Assembly: GCA_047974525.1 (NCBI GenBank)
Contig: JBKECJ010000007.1
Span: 36,508-100,507 of the forward strand
Direction of reading: 5' to 3'
DNA: 64,000 nucleotides
From: Candidatus Saccharimonadales bacterium
GTDB taxonomy: Bacteria > Patescibacteriota > Saccharimonadia > Saccharimonadales > Saccharimonadaceae
Shown here: piece after piece, positions 9,671 to 19,371 of the stretch
How positions within the stretch are numbered: position 1 is the stretch's first letter
Layout: each line of letters begins with the position of its first letter
The notes under the pieces: generated by a model
The model's input: only the letters and a program-made list of their open reading frames with translations
What the model was told of the DNA's origin: nothing
The model's database searches: none
Translations under genes and position numbers: made by a program

Positions 9671-10327
9671 TTACACCCAATAACTTGAGATATTTTGCGC
9701 CATAAACAAACGCTGCTCTTCGGTTAGCTTGTCTGGTTCGTCAAAATAATGATCATCATCAAAAATATCCGCAGGCAAAACATCTATATAGGTTGCGCCT
9801 TGGGTTTCTACGTACAGTTTCGTCGACATTTCAGCCATAATATTGCCCGCAGCGCCCTCGATATGGGTTGGACTAAGTGGCTTAAGTAGCGCTTTTGCGA
9901 TGGCTAGCCCCATTTCATCGCGGAATATATCATCAGTCAGAAGGACGTTCCGGCCATTAACCGCTCGACGATCAATGGAGTTGATAGCCTTGCTGCGATT
10001 GAGCCTACTGATAGCCTCGCGTTTCATTTCTTCGATCTGGCTACTAAACTCCGAGTAGATGTATTCATATTCTGTATTGTTTATTGAAGGGTTTAGGACG
10101 AAGCTTCCCGTCTCGATAAGCGCACCAAGCGTACGTCCTCGTGCGTATGGGTCGTTGATCTGCTCGTAATAAATCACGAAGATCCACGCGTGTAGAATCG
10201 AAGCCATTTCAATGCACGCCGAGAGTGCGTTTTTATCCAAACACATAATTATAGAGTCGTTATTGCGAAAAGTGTCTAGTCGCCCTGCTAATTGATCGCC
10301 AAGTGCTTGGCGATTCAGATAATACAT
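9671..10327 (-). CDS. phosphoribosyltransferase-domain protein (possibly degenerate) inserted in the spc cluster
   Basis: Start placed at MYYLNRQALGDQLAGRL (ATG 10327, AGGAGG 9 nt upstream). Central ...GRNVLLTDDIFRDEMGLAIAKALL resembles the PRPP-binding hydrophobic-DD motif of type I PRTases, but the TG-T part is not conserved. Confidence 0.45.
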   Translation of the reverse strand: MYYLNRQALGDQLAGRLDTFRNNDSIIMCLDKNALSACIEMASILHAWIFVIYYEQINDPYARGRTLGALIETGSFVLNPSINNTEYEYIYSEFSSQIEEMKREAISRLNRSKAINSIDRRAVNGRNVLLTDDIFRDEMGLAIAKALLKPLSPTHIEGAAGNIMAEMSTKLYVETQGATYIDVLPADIFDDDHYFDEPDKLTEEQRLFMAQNISSYWV

Positions 10328-10406
10328 TGAATATGCCTCCTTTTTTACTATTTTAGCATAAAAAATAACCCTCTGCATCTTGCAAAGGGTTATTCCTTTT
10401 ACGGTT

Positions 10407-10808
10407 CTAGTAAACTTTTACGAGTACTTCGCCGCCAAGTTTTGCCTTGATGGCTTCTCGGCCAGTCATGATACCTTTTGAGGTAGACACGAGCACGGTA
10501 CCGCGCCCAGATTTTACCTTTGGAATCTCCGTTGCGCTTGCATAAACGCGACGACCTGGTTTAGAAACTTTTTCGATCTCATTGATTCGTGAAATCGTGC
10601 CATCTTTGCAGATAACTACGTGAAGAATATCGCGTGGCTCAGCTTTTTCTAGCTCCACCTTGTCGATATAGTTTGCATTCTGCAATTTCTCCGCCACCGC
10701 AAACTTCAGCTTGCTGGTAGGAACACGGATTTCGGTCTTACCGACAGCGATCGCGTTACGAATTCGCGTGATCAAATCGGCTACTGCATCTGTTGATTGT
10801 ATAGACAT
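10407..10808 (-). CDS. rpsH: 30S ribosomal protein S8
   Basis: 133 aa; MSIQSTDAVADLITRIRNA... S8. Confidence 0.9.
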   Translation of the reverse strand: MSIQSTDAVADLITRIRNAIAVGKTEIRVPTSKLKFAVAEKLQNANYIDKVELEKAEPRDILHVVICKDGTISRINEIEKVSKPGRRVYASATEIPKVKSGRGTVLVSTSKGIMTGREAIKAKLGGEVLVKVY

Positions 10809-10820
10809 ATTCTCTCCTTT

Positions 10821-11090
10821 CTACCAACTACTCTTTGTTACGCCAGGGATTTCACCCTTGCTTGCTTTTTCGCGGAAACTGATACGGGATAGGCCAAAGC
10901 GGCGCATATAGCCACGTGGGCGGCCGTCAAGCATATCGCGGTTCTTGAGTCGAGTTGGGCTCGAGTTGCGAGGCAATTTCTGCAAACCTTCTAGGTCTCC
11001 AGCTGCCTTTAGTTCAGCCCTTTTTTCCTTATATTGATCGTACATTTTTTGCCGTTTTTGATCACGGAGTACTGCGCTAGTTTTTGCCAT
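10821..11090 (-). CDS. rpsN: 30S ribosomal protein S14 (long, non-zinc form)
   Basis: Start at [13 protein letters not shown]...; ...[28 protein letters not shown]... No CxxC pairs. Confidence 0.85.
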   Translation of the reverse strand: MAKTSAVLRDQKRQKMYDQYKEKRAELKAAGDLEGLQKLPRNSSPTRLKNRDMLDGRPRGYMRRFGLSRISFREKASKGEIPGVTKSSW

Positions 11091-11091
11091 A

Positions 11092-11664
11092 TTACTTAGC
11101 CTCCTTCTCAAACGGCATGCCGAGTTTTTCTAACAACTTCAGGCTCCCTTCTTTTGAACCGTTTTTAATTACGAATGTGATTTCTAGACCATGTAGTACC
11201 TGTGCATCTTCAAAGCTGATCTCTGGGAATACTGTCTGTTCTTTGATACCTAGGTTGTAATTACCCTGAGCATCGAAAGACTCTTTTGGTACGCCGTGGA
11301 AATCGCGAACATGTGGCAATGCTACGTTGATCAAGCGATCTGCGAATTCATACATTTTGTCGTTTCGGAGTGATGTCAAGAAACCTACTGGTGCACCCAT
11401 CGCTTTGCGAATCTTAAACTGTGCGATAGATTTCTTTGCGAGACGTGAAGTCGTTTGCTGACCGGTGATTTTCTTTAGAGTCAAGTCTACGGTCTCGGTG
11501 AAGCGCTTATCGTCGCGCTTTTTGCCTACACCAGAAGATACAATAATCTTCTCAAGTTTTGGAACTTGGTTGATATTGCCGAGCTTTAGCTCTTTCTTCA
11601 GGTCTTTAGCGATTTCTTTATTGTAAAGAGTTTTGAGTCTTGGTTCGTACGTCGTAGTAGCCAT
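11092..11664 (-). CDS. rplE: 50S ribosomal protein L5
   Basis: 190 aa L5; canonical position. Confidence 0.9.
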   Translation of the reverse strand: MATTTYEPRLKTLYNKEIAKDLKKELKLGNINQVPKLEKIIVSSGVGKKRDDKRFTETVDLTLKKITGQQTTSRLAKKSIAQFKIRKAMGAPVGFLTSLRNDKMYEFADRLINVALPHVRDFHGVPKESFDAQGNYNLGIKEQTVFPEISFEDAQVLHGLEITFVIKNGSKEGSLKLLEKLGMPFEKEAK

Positions 11665-11984
11665 TACTTTATCTCCCGATTATTTGCTTGCCTTGCAACA
11701 CGAACTGTCTTGCCGTCAGCATTTTTTACGTAACCAACACGGCTAGTAGCGCCGGTCTTCTCGTCGATCAATAGTTTGACATTGCTCGAGTCGATACCGC
11801 TCTGAATTTCCTTCTTGCCGCCTTTTTGGTATTGTGTTGGGCGCATGTGGCGAGTTCGCTTGCCGATTCCATCAATGAAAACCAAGTTTTCTTTGAGGTC
11901 GATCTTAACGACTTTGCCAGTTGTGCCTTTGTCTTTTCCGGCGATAACTTTTACCATATCGCCAGTCTTAATACGAGTTCCCAT
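11664..11984 (-). CDS. rplX: 50S ribosomal protein L24
   Basis: 106 aa; [25 protein letters not shown]... KOW motif. Confidence 0.9.
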   Translation of the reverse strand: MGTRIKTGDMVKVIAGKDKGTTGKVVKIDLKENLVFIDGIGKRTRHMRPTQYQKGGKKEIQSGIDSSNVKLLIDEKTGATSRVGYVKNADGKTVRVARQANNREIK

Positions 11985-12352
11985 TATAGTACCTCCGGCG
12001 CAAGGCTGATAATTTTTGAATATCCAAGATCGCGAAGTTCGCGTGGTACTGGCCCAAAGACACGAGTACCTTTTGGAGTCTTATCGTCGTTTACGAGTAC
12101 CGCAGCATTGTCGTCAAAACGAATTGTGCTACCGTCCGTACGGCGAATCTGGTCGCGGGTGCGTACGATAACTGCGCGCACGACGGCCTTTTTCTTAACG
12201 CCGCCAGTAGGCGACGCGTCTTTTACGCTACAAGTGACGATATCGCCAACTCGAGCGTAGCGAGCACGAGTACCGCCAAGCACGCGGATTACTCCGAGTT
12301 CTTTGGCGCCACTGTTGTCGGTTACCTTTAGTCTGCTTTCTTGTTGAATCAT
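11984..12352 (-). CDS. rplN: 50S ribosomal protein L14
   Basis: 122 aa; [27 protein letters not shown]... L14. Confidence 0.9.
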   Translation of the reverse strand: MIQQESRLKVTDNSGAKELGVIRVLGGTRARYARVGDIVTCSVKDASPTGGVKKKAVVRAVIVRTRDQIRRTDGSTIRFDDNAAVLVNDDKTPKGTRVFGPVPRELRDLGYSKIISLAPEVL

Positions 12353-12353
12353 A

Positions 12354-12665
12354 TTACTTCTCCCCCTCTTTTTCGGCCTTATCCGAAGCGATTTCGGTTA
12401 CGTCTTCCTTAAGTTCTACACGACCCTTCGATTTCTCGATAATCTGAACTAGTTTGTAGGTCTTAGTTCGAGAAATTGGACGGGTTTCGACGATTTCGAC
12501 GCGATCACCTTCGTGGGCTTCGTTCTTTTCGTCGTGCGCAGAATATTTACGCGTAACGGTAAACTGCTTTTTATAGATTGGGTGCGTCTCACGAGAGGCG
12601 ATAAGGACTGTGATTGTCTTATCTCGCTTGTCGGAGGACACTACCCCTGTAAGTGTATGTGCCAT
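12354..12665 (-). CDS. rpsQ: 30S ribosomal protein S17
   Basis: 103 aa; ...[18 protein letters not shown]... S17 with acidic C-tail. Confidence 0.85.
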   Translation of the reverse strand: MAHTLTGVVSSDKRDKTITVLIASRETHPIYKKQFTVTRKYSAHDEKNEAHEGDRVEIVETRPISRTKTYKLVQIIEKSKGRVELKEDVTEIASDKAEKEGEK

Positions 12666-12880
12666 TACTTATCTCCTTTCGTGGCGTTTATCTTAGTCAT
12701 AATTCGGGCAATATCTTTTTTGATAGCGCCGATGTGGTGTGGGTTCTGCAATGTGCTGCCTAGACCTTGCTGGGCGACCAATAGCTCCTCACGCTTCTTC
12801 GCTAGCTGCTCTGGAAGTGGAAGATTACTAATAATCTCTGCTTCTTTTGCTGCTTGCTTATCTTGTTTCTTGTCAGCCAT
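12665..12880 (-). CDS. rpmC: 50S ribosomal protein L29
   Basis: 71 aa; position between rplP and rpsQ; helical L29-like. Confidence 0.8.
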   Translation of the reverse strand: MADKKQDKQAAKEAEIISNLPLPEQLAKKREELLVAQQGLGSTLQNPHHIGAIKKDIARIMTKINATKGDK

Positions 12881-12881
12881 A

Positions 12882-13301
12882 TTATAGCTCCTCTTTCTTG
12901 ATGATTCGCGTACGTACTGGCAACTTGTGAGATGCTAGGCGGAGAGCTTCTTTTGCTTGCTCTTCGGTAACGTCAGCGATTTCAAACAATACTGTGCCGG
13001 CCTTAATTTTTGCAACGTGATACTGTGGCTCACCTTTACCGCCGCCCATCTTTACGTCAAGCGGCTTCTTGGTTACTGGAATGTGTGGAAATACACGAAT
13101 CCAGATTTTACCACCACGCTTTACGTAGCGCGTAATCGCCTGACGAGCTGCCTCGATCTGACGACCATTGATGCGTTCGTTGTCGATACTCATAAGACCC
13201 CACTCGCCAAAGTCTACGCTATTGCAACGGGTAGCAACGCCACCGTTCTTGCCTTTGCGAACCTTGCGATGTGCTTCTTTTCGTGGTTGTGAAAGTGCCA
13301 T
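12882..13301 (-). CDS. rplP: 50S ribosomal protein L16
   Basis: 139 aa; ...[28 protein letters not shown]... L16. Confidence 0.9.
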   Translation of the reverse strand: MALSQPRKEAHRKVRKGKNGGVATRCNSVDFGEWGLMSIDNERINGRQIEAARQAITRYVKRGGKIWIRVFPHIPVTKKPLDVKMGGGKGEPQYHVAKIKAGTVLFEIADVTEEQAKEALRLASHKLPVRTRIIKKEEL

Positions 13302-13302
13302 A

Positions 13303-13929
13303 TTACTTCTCCCCCTTGTAGATCCAGACCTTCACGCCAATAATACCAGCGATTGTCTTTGCGTGGTGTACGTGGAAGTCCACATCTGCGCGCAAAGTAT
13401 GTAGCGGTACCGAACCTTCAATAAATTTCTCACGGCGAGACATTTCTGCGCCGTTCAAACGACCAGACACCTCAACGCGAATACCCTTAGCACCGGCGTT
13501 CATAGTAGAGGCACAAGCCATCTTGACCGCTCGGCGGAAATTCATGCGCTTACCAAGCTGGAAGCCGATATTCTCGGCAACAAGCTTAGCATTAAGCTCT
13601 GGTTTTTTAACCTCTTCCACATTGATGCGGATTGGGCTATCGGTAATCTTCTCGAGCTGCTTCTTGAGCTCGTTGATACCCGAACCTTGCTTGCCAATCA
13701 CGGCACCAGCCTTTGCAGTCTGGATTGTGATGGTTGTCAGGTTTGGGCTTCGCTCGATATTGATCTTTGCAATCGTTGGGCGGCTCTTAAAGCGCTCTTC
13801 GATTACCTCGCGAATCTTAATATCTTCGATCAACCAAGTTTTAAACTCAGCTTTTCGCGAGAACCATTTGCTGCTCCAGTTTTTGGAGATTTGCAAACGA
13901 TAACTAATGGGGTTAACTTTTTGACCCAT
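13303..13929 (-). CDS. rpsC: 30S ribosomal protein S3
   Basis: 208 aa; MGQKVNPISYRLQISKNWSSKWF... KH domain. Confidence 0.9.
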   Translation of the reverse strand: MGQKVNPISYRLQISKNWSSKWFSRKAEFKTWLIEDIKIREVIEERFKSRPTIAKINIERSPNLTTITIQTAKAGAVIGKQGSGINELKKQLEKITDSPIRINVEEVKKPELNAKLVAENIGFQLGKRMNFRRAVKMACASTMNAGAKGIRVEVSGRLNGAEMSRREKFIEGSVPLHTLRADVDFHVHHAKTIAGIIGVKVWIYKGEK

Positions 13930-14351
13930 TACTTTTTCTCCTTCTTTTCTTCTGCTTTAACAGTCGGCTTCTTCTCAGCCTCTGCTTTTGGAGCAGCTTT
14001 CTTTGCTTTCTCTTCGCCAACGACCTCGACAAAGATGTTCGAACTAATCTTCTCAAACGGCAACGCGCGACCGCGGCTTGCCGGTACGTAACGACGCATT
14101 CTAGTGCCTGCTGTTACCGAAATTCGGCCAATTGCAATCGTCTTAGCATCAATGCTTCCGCTGTTTAGCAAGTTTGCTTTTGCGGATTCAATTGCTTTTT
14201 TGACTGCAGTTGCAGCGCGACGTGGAGTGTTATCAAGGATAACAAGTGCGTCGGCGACATACCTGTCACGTACTAGGCTAGCAACAATGCTAACTTTGCG
14301 TGGCTGGCTGTCTACGCCTTTAATATATGCATGTGCGCTCTGTGTGCTCAT
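13929..14351 (-). CDS. rplV: 50S ribosomal protein L22 (Lys/Ala/Glu-rich C-terminal tail)
   Basis: Start at MSTQSAHAYIKGVDSQPRKVS... (ATG 14351, 1 nt after the rpsS stop). The track ORF is extended upstream, in frame, over the rpsS 3' end. Confidence 0.85.
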   Translation of the reverse strand: MSTQSAHAYIKGVDSQPRKVSIVASLVRDRYVADALVILDNTPRRAATAVKKAIESAKANLLNSGSIDAKTIAIGRISVTAGTRMRRYVPASRGRALPFEKISSNIFVEVVGEEKAKKAAPKAEAEKKPTVKAEEKKEKK

Positions 14352-14352
14352 A

Positions 14353-14640
14353 TTACGAGTTCCCCCTTGCTGCCTCAGCAGCCTTCTTGCCGCCATGCTT
14401 GCGGAACTTGCGGGTTGGTGCAAATTCGCCTAGTTTGTGGCCGACCATGTTTTCTGAAATGAAAACTGGTACATGCACTTTGCCGTTATGAACAGCGATC
14501 GTGCGGCCAACCATCTCTGGGCTGATCGTCGAATAACGAGCCCAAGTCTTGATAATAGTGCGGTCCTCTGATGACAAAGCTTTGATTTTCTTCTCAAGCT
14601 TATAATCTACAAAAGGGCCTTTTTTCAGAGATCGTGACAT
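14353..14640 (-). CDS. rpsS: 30S ribosomal protein S19
   Basis: 95 aa; [19 protein letters not shown]... S19. Confidence 0.9.
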   Translation of the reverse strand: MSRSLKKGPFVDYKLEKKIKALSSEDRTIIKTWARYSTISPEMVGRTIAVHNGKVHVPVFISENMVGHKLGEFAPTRKFRKHGGKKAAEAARGNS

Positions 14641-14643
14641 AAA

Positions 14644-15480
14644 CTAACCTCTCTTCCCTTCATGACGACTGCGAACAATCATCTTACTTGTTTTCTTGTT
14701 GCGACGAGTGCGGTAACCAAGTGTCAACTGACCCCATGGTGTGCGTGGAGCTTTACCAGCACCGTGACGGCCACCGTCACCACCACCGTGTGGGTGATCC
14801 GTTGCGTTCATTACGACGCCACGTACGCTTGGGCGAATACCCTTGCGACGGCTGCGACCAGCTGCACCAATCTTGATGTTCTGATGCTGGACGTTGCCAA
14901 CGACGCCGATATTTGCTTGGCATGCTACCAAAACCTTACGAACTTCGCCAGATGGCATACGTAGAGTGGCATAACCATTCTCTTTTGCCATTAGCTGAGC
15001 CGATGTTCCTGCCGAACGCACCATCTGTGCGCCCTTGCCAGGAGTTAGCTCAATCGCGTAGATCTGCGTACCAACTGGGATCTGATCGATCGCCATTCGG
15101 TTGCTAGTCTCTACTGGAGCTTCGGTACCAGTCTTAATTGTTGCGCCTTTTTTCATGTTCGTATCGGCGAGCACGTAATAATACGTACCTTCCTGATCCT
15201 TAACACGAGCAATGCGTGCGCTGCGGTTTGGATCGTATTCAATCTCTTCCACAGTCAAAGTCAAATTCTCAGGTAGGTTGTAGGTCATCAAGCGATAATG
15301 TCGCTTCACGCCGCCACCGCGGTGACGTACAGTAATTCTACCTTGGTTGTTCTTACCGGCATTTTGCTTTTTACTCTTCGTCAAGCTCTTTAGGGGCTTT
15401 TTCGTAGTGATTTCGTCGAAATCCTGAGTAGTTTTCTGGCGTTGTGCCGGAGTAGTTGGGCGATATGCTTTAATACTCAT
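14644..15480 (-). CDS. rplB: 50S ribosomal protein L2
   Basis: 278 aa; ...MNATDHPHGGGDGGRHGAGKAPRTPWGQ... L2. Confidence 0.9.
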   Translation of the reverse strand: MSIKAYRPTTPAQRQKTTQDFDEITTKKPLKSLTKSKKQNAGKNNQGRITVRHRGGGVKRHYRLMTYNLPENLTLTVEEIEYDPNRSARIARVKDQEGTYYYVLADTNMKKGATIKTGTEAPVETSNRMAIDQIPVGTQIYAIELTPGKGAQMVRSAGTSAQLMAKENGYATLRMPSGEVRKVLVACQANIGVVGNVQHQNIKIGAAGRSRRKGIRPSVRGVVMNATDHPHGGGDGGRHGAGKAPRTPWGQLTLGYRTRRNKKTSKMIVRSRHEGKRG

Positions 15481-15902
15481 TATTTATCTCCTCTGTTGCC
15501 AGTACGGCGACGAGCAAATAGCCCGGCTTTCTTGGTCTCAGTACTCTGCTTTTCGTCAGCTGCCTTTACAGTGGTCTTCTTTTCCTCTGTTTCAGTAGGT
15601 TTGGTCTCTTGTACTGCCTCTTCATCAAATACCTTGATCTTGTCGCCTTCTTTCAAGGTCACGTAAGCGATCTTGCGGTCTTGGCGATAAGTTGTACCAG
15701 GGTATGCATGTTTGCCGCGGCTAAACTTTGTGGCTTTGCCTTTGCGAACTACGATGCGGGTCGAAGTAACAGTTACTTTGTATTCCTCGGCAACGGCTTT
15801 TGCGACTGCTTGTTTGCTTGCGCCTTTTGGCACGTTAAACATATAAGTACGCTTTGTTTGGGCCGTATAAGCCTTTTCGGTCTGGATTGGACGGATTAAC
15901 AT
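15480..15902 (-). CDS. rplW: 50S ribosomal protein L23 (Glu/Lys/Thr-rich C-terminal tail)
   Basis: 140 aa; MLIRPIQTEKAYTAQTKRTYMFNVPKGASKQAVAKAV... L23. Confidence 0.85.
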   Translation of the reverse strand: MLIRPIQTEKAYTAQTKRTYMFNVPKGASKQAVAKAVAEEYKVTVTSTRIVVRKGKATKFSRGKHAYPGTTYRQDRKIAYVTLKEGDKIKVFDEEAVQETKPTETEEKKTTVKAADEKQSTETKKAGLFARRRTGNRGDK

Positions 15903-16504
15903 TATTTAATCTCCTTTCCATTAAGCCAAGTTTCGATCATCGGGAGCGAAGCTTCCGCAATCAATACCTTGTCTGCATTTAAAATATCAAACACGTTCAA
16001 ATAAGTTGGGCGAACGATTTTCGCGTTAGCGATGTTGTTCGTTGCGCGCAAGATATTGTCGGTCTTCTCTGGAACTACTACTAGGTAGTTTTTGCCAGCC
16101 TCGATGTTCAATCCCTTGATAGCATCTTTGGTTTTGCCGGTTTTAGCGGTAAAGTCAGCAATCACAGTAATTGTTTTTGCCTTGTTTGCCATCGACAATG
16201 CTTGGCGAACTGCCTGAACCTTAGCATTCTTGCTAAGCTTCTTGGTAAAGTTCTCTTCACCGGTGCGCCCGAAAGCTACACCACCATGGCGCCAAATAGG
16301 GTTACGGGTCGAGCCAAAACGTGCACGGCCAGTTCCTTTTTGCTTCCAAGGTTTTTTACCGCCACCGCGAACTTCGCCGCGCTTCAAGGTTTTTGCGTGG
16401 GAAGAGCGAGAATTGGCAAGATATGCATCATAAGCCAACTTCACTAGTTCGTGATTTTCTACGTCTAGGGAGTAGATGTCTTTGTTTAGTTTTGCGTCTG
16501 CCAT
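15902..16504 (-). CDS. rplD: 50S ribosomal protein L4
   Basis: 200 aa; ...GGGKKPWKQKGTGRARFGSTRNPIWRHGG... L4. Confidence 0.9.
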   Translation of the reverse strand: MADAKLNKDIYSLDVENHELVKLAYDAYLANSRSSHAKTLKRGEVRGGGKKPWKQKGTGRARFGSTRNPIWRHGGVAFGRTGEENFTKKLSKNAKVQAVRQALSMANKAKTITVIADFTAKTGKTKDAIKGLNIEAGKNYLVVVPEKTDNILRATNNIANAKIVRPTYLNVFDILNADKVLIAEASLPMIETWLNGKEIK

Positions 16505-16505
16505 A

Positions 16506-17126
16506 TTACTCCTTTCCCTCCACCATAATCAACCCTTTATTTGGGCCAGGCACAGCGCCTTTAATGCCAATCAGGTTGTTTGCGGTGTCAATATAAGCAA
16601 CTACGAGATTCTTCACAGTTACTTGATCGTGACCCATGCGTCCAGGCATTTTCCTGCCCTTAACGACCTTCTGTGGGTACATCGAGCCAATCGAACCTAC
16701 GCGACGTACGTTGCCGTTACCGCCGTGAGTGTGCTTTGACTCGTGAAAGTTATGTCGCTTAATCGTACCAGCAAACCCCTTACCCTTGCTAATACCGGTT
16801 ACCTGTACTTTGTCTCCCAAAGCAAAAGTCTCCACAGTGATTTCACTGCCGAGAGCCAATTCTTCTGGAATACTGTCTACACGGAACTCGCGTACATATT
16901 TAGGTTTAATATCTTTACCGGATTTTTTAACGTGTCCGGACACGGCCTTGCTCAGATTCTTACCCTGACCATATCCCAATTGCACAGCACTATATCCGTC
17001 GGTGTCGACAGATTTAGTCTGAGTTACTGTGCAAGGGCCAGCTTGAAGAATCGTCACTGGAGTGACAACGCCGTCTTCACTGATAATCTGGGTCATACCA
17101 ATCTTGGTGCCGAGAATCGCTTTCAT
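16506..17126 (-). CDS. rplC: 50S ribosomal protein L3
   Basis: Start at MKAILGTKIGMTQI (ATG 17126). The track ORF begins 8 codons further upstream. Promoter-like TTTACT-17-TAAAAT ~100 nt upstream on the minus strand. Confidence 0.85.
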   Translation of the reverse strand: MKAILGTKIGMTQIISEDGVVTPVTILQAGPCTVTQTKSVDTDGYSAVQLGYGQGKNLSKAVSGHVKKSGKDIKPKYVREFRVDSIPEELALGSEITVETFALGDKVQVTGISKGKGFAGTIKRHNFHESKHTHGGNGNVRRVGSIGSMYPQKVVKGRKMPGRMGHDQVTVKNLVVAYIDTANNLIGIKGAVPGPNKGLIMVEGKE

Positions 17127-17620
17127 TTTTGAAGCGCCCTTTCTTTCCATTAAAATACCCAGACTTGTGGGCGGTATCTTATCGTTAAGACCTACACCTT
17201 GCGTCCAGATATCAATGCTTGATATTTAATGTTACTCGAGTATTTTATCACACTTTCCACCTCAAGTAAAGGGTTTCACCAGAGATTTTTTACATGAAAA
17301 AGCTCCGATTTCTACAATCGGGGCCGCGCGACATTTAGTGGCGCTTATTATATATGCTTTCTGCAATATTTCGGCGTAAGCCCAAACCTAGTAACTTCCA
17401 CGTAAGCTGCCATGAATCCGCCCACACTACAGCCGAGCAGCGCACGATTATGGGCATAGATACTATAAATGATCACAATGCAGAGTATGCTAAGTTTTAA
17501 AAACAGCATATTGAACCCCCCCAATTCCATATGGCAACGCCATCTCAAACAGCAAACTGCATCATTGCAGCCATCTCGCTATTATATCACAAATCACACA
17601 AAATATCAAGCTTATTTTAA

Positions 17621-17650
17621 GGTTTCACCAAAGGAAAAGGGAGCGTCGTA
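17621..17650 (-). terminator. rho-independent terminator after the vWA-lipoprotein gene
   Basis: GGGAGCGT-CGTA-ACGCTCCC (17629-17648), followed on the minus strand by TTTTCC. A second hairpin with a T-run lies at ~17299-17325. Confidence 0.6.
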
Positions 17651-17682
17651 ACGCTCCCTTGAATATATGCATAAAATTCTTT

Positions 17683-19371
17683 TTACATCTGTACATTAAA
17701 CAGATTACGCAGCTGGTTGATCAGATCTTCGTTATTCGCGTTGATCAGTACTGCCTCGTTGATCTGAGAGAGCTTTTGCAGCTCGCCACTTGCGCCGCCG
17801 CTGGAGTCCAGATTATACCCGATACTATGAATCGGTATCTGTAATCCGCCAACAATCGGCGTAATTCTGCTAAGCTTGTAGCCCTCATTTTGCTGCCCGT
17901 CACTCAGGACAAACAGCATCAACTTGGCGTCCGGCACTTCTTTCTGCTTCTCGAGCAGCATATTTAGCCCCACCAGCACGGCGTCGTACGTTGCCGTACC
18001 GCCACTTGCCGAGAGCGACTTTACTGCTCCGGAGAAATACGCTCGTTGCGTATCGTCAAATTGGTCTATCTCGAGATTGACATACACCTTGCTCGAATAC
18101 GTGACCAGCCCTACATAGCTTTCGTAGCTAATGAATGACGAGGTGTTGATTAGCGCATCCTTAAGTGAATTCAGCGGCAAACCATCCATACTACCAGAAA
18201 TATCGGCGACAAAAACCGCGATAATCGGGCGGCCGCCATCTTTGTTCTGTTTCCAGAGTTTCTGTGCGGCAATATAGCCTGCGCCATCGAGTCCAGGAGA
18301 CTGCTCGACATAGTCGTCGTGCAGATTGAATCCCTTTTCGTCCGCCAGCTTTTGGCTTTCGGCGTTCAGGCAATACTCCACAAACATTCTGGCGGCTTCC
18401 TGCTTCTCTGCAGACACATAATCAAAGGTGTAAACCGGATGATCATGCCGAATGCCCTGCGGCGTATAAACATAATCTTTGAGCTCCGGCGTATTGTGAT
18501 ATGCCTGCTCCTCCATAACCATTGCTTTGATGATGCCTTTGCTTGCCTGATCCCTCAAAACTGCTGTCGTGTAGGCCACGGGCGGCGAGTTTCTCTGGTA
18601 TTCAAGCAGTTTTTCGGAGGCGGTCGTCGATAGCGGATTGCTGGGATCAAACGCGTGCAGCATGGCAGTAAAAATATTTAGCCCCGTGCTGCTCGTAAAC
18701 GGATTCGTATAGGCAAAGGTCAGGTCGCCAGCCAAGCTTGCTTCCAGTACTTTGTCTACCGTAACCTCGCCATATTCGGCGATAAACGTATCGTAAGTGT
18801 TTTTCTCCATCAGGATTCCAGCGGTGTTGCCAATAATGCGGTCTTCCAGCGTAATTACGCCAAAGCCGCGCGCTTTAAGCATTTCGCCCCAAGCGTAATT
18901 CGATGGGGCGGCAACATCGGGACGATAATCGCCGTCAGCGATATATGTCACGATCTCGCCAGAGGTAATCTTGCGTATTGAAACGCTAACGGATCTGCCG
19001 TCAATGGTAAACCCTTCTTTGTTGAATCGTTCTGCGATGATATTCATCCAGTCGTCGGGCGCCGCCGAGCTCATCTCGGTGGCTGCCGCAATCTCAATGT
19101 TTATCTGGCCTTTTCCTTCAACCGTAATTGGAAACGTATCTATGCTCGCCAGCGTATCGGCCGCCGTCGTCTCTGATGAGTAAATATCGAGCGGCGCCGT
19201 AACGCTTTCGGTCTTAATGGTGCTCACAAAAGTGCTCAGTTCCTTCAAGGCATCGTCATAGCTTAATGCATCCTCGCGGTCGGGGTTCGTGCTGCTGACG
19301 TCGCTGCACCCAGTAAGGGTCGCAAACACCAACAGTATTGCAAGTACAAAACAAGAAAAACGCTTTTTCAT
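17683..19371 (-). CDS. lipoprotein with C-terminal von Willebrand factor A (vWA) domain and N-terminal solute-binding-like domain
   Basis: Start at MKKRFSCFVLAILLVFATLTGC (lipobox; AGGAGG RBS; ATG overlaps the upstream gene's stop). vWA MIDAS motif ...IIAVFVADISGSMDG... with downstream ...GGTATYDAV... and ...LFVLSDGQQN... Confidence 0.65.
   Translation of the reverse strand: MKKRFSCFVLAILLVFATLTGCSDVSSTNPDREDALSYDDALKELSTFVSTIKTESVTAPLDIYSSETTAADTLASIDTFPITVEGKGQINIEIAAATEMSSAAPDDWMNIIAERFNKEGFTIDGRSVSVSIRKITSGEIVTYIADGDYRPDVAAPSNYAWGEMLKARGFGVITLEDRIIGNTAGILMEKNTYDTFIAEYGEVTVDKVLEASLAGDLTFAYTNPFTSSTGLNIFTAMLHAFDPSNPLSTTASEKLLEYQRNSPPVAYTTAVLRDQASKGIIKAMVMEEQAYHNTPELKDYVYTPQGIRHDHPVYTFDYVSAEKQEAARMFVEYCLNAESQKLADEKGFNLHDDYVEQSPGLDGAGYIAAQKLWKQNKDGGRPIIAVFVADISGSMDGLPLNSLKDALINTSSFISYESYVGLVTYSSKVYVNLEIDQFDDTQRAYFSGAVKSLSASGGTATYDAVLVGLNMLLEKQKEVPDAKLMLFVLSDGQQNEGYKLSRITPIVGGLQIPIHSIGYNLDSSGGASGELQKLSQINEAVLINANNEDLINQLRNLFNVQM

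Noticed and set aside
14662-14964. His/Arg-rich plus-strand ORFs inside rplB
   Set aside because: Antisense frames of a conserved ribosomal gene.
17348-17548. 66-aa minus-strand ORF between rplC and the vWA gene
   Set aside because: No RBS; it lies between the two terminators that follow the vWA gene on the minus strand; hydrophobic but low-complexity. Left unannotated.
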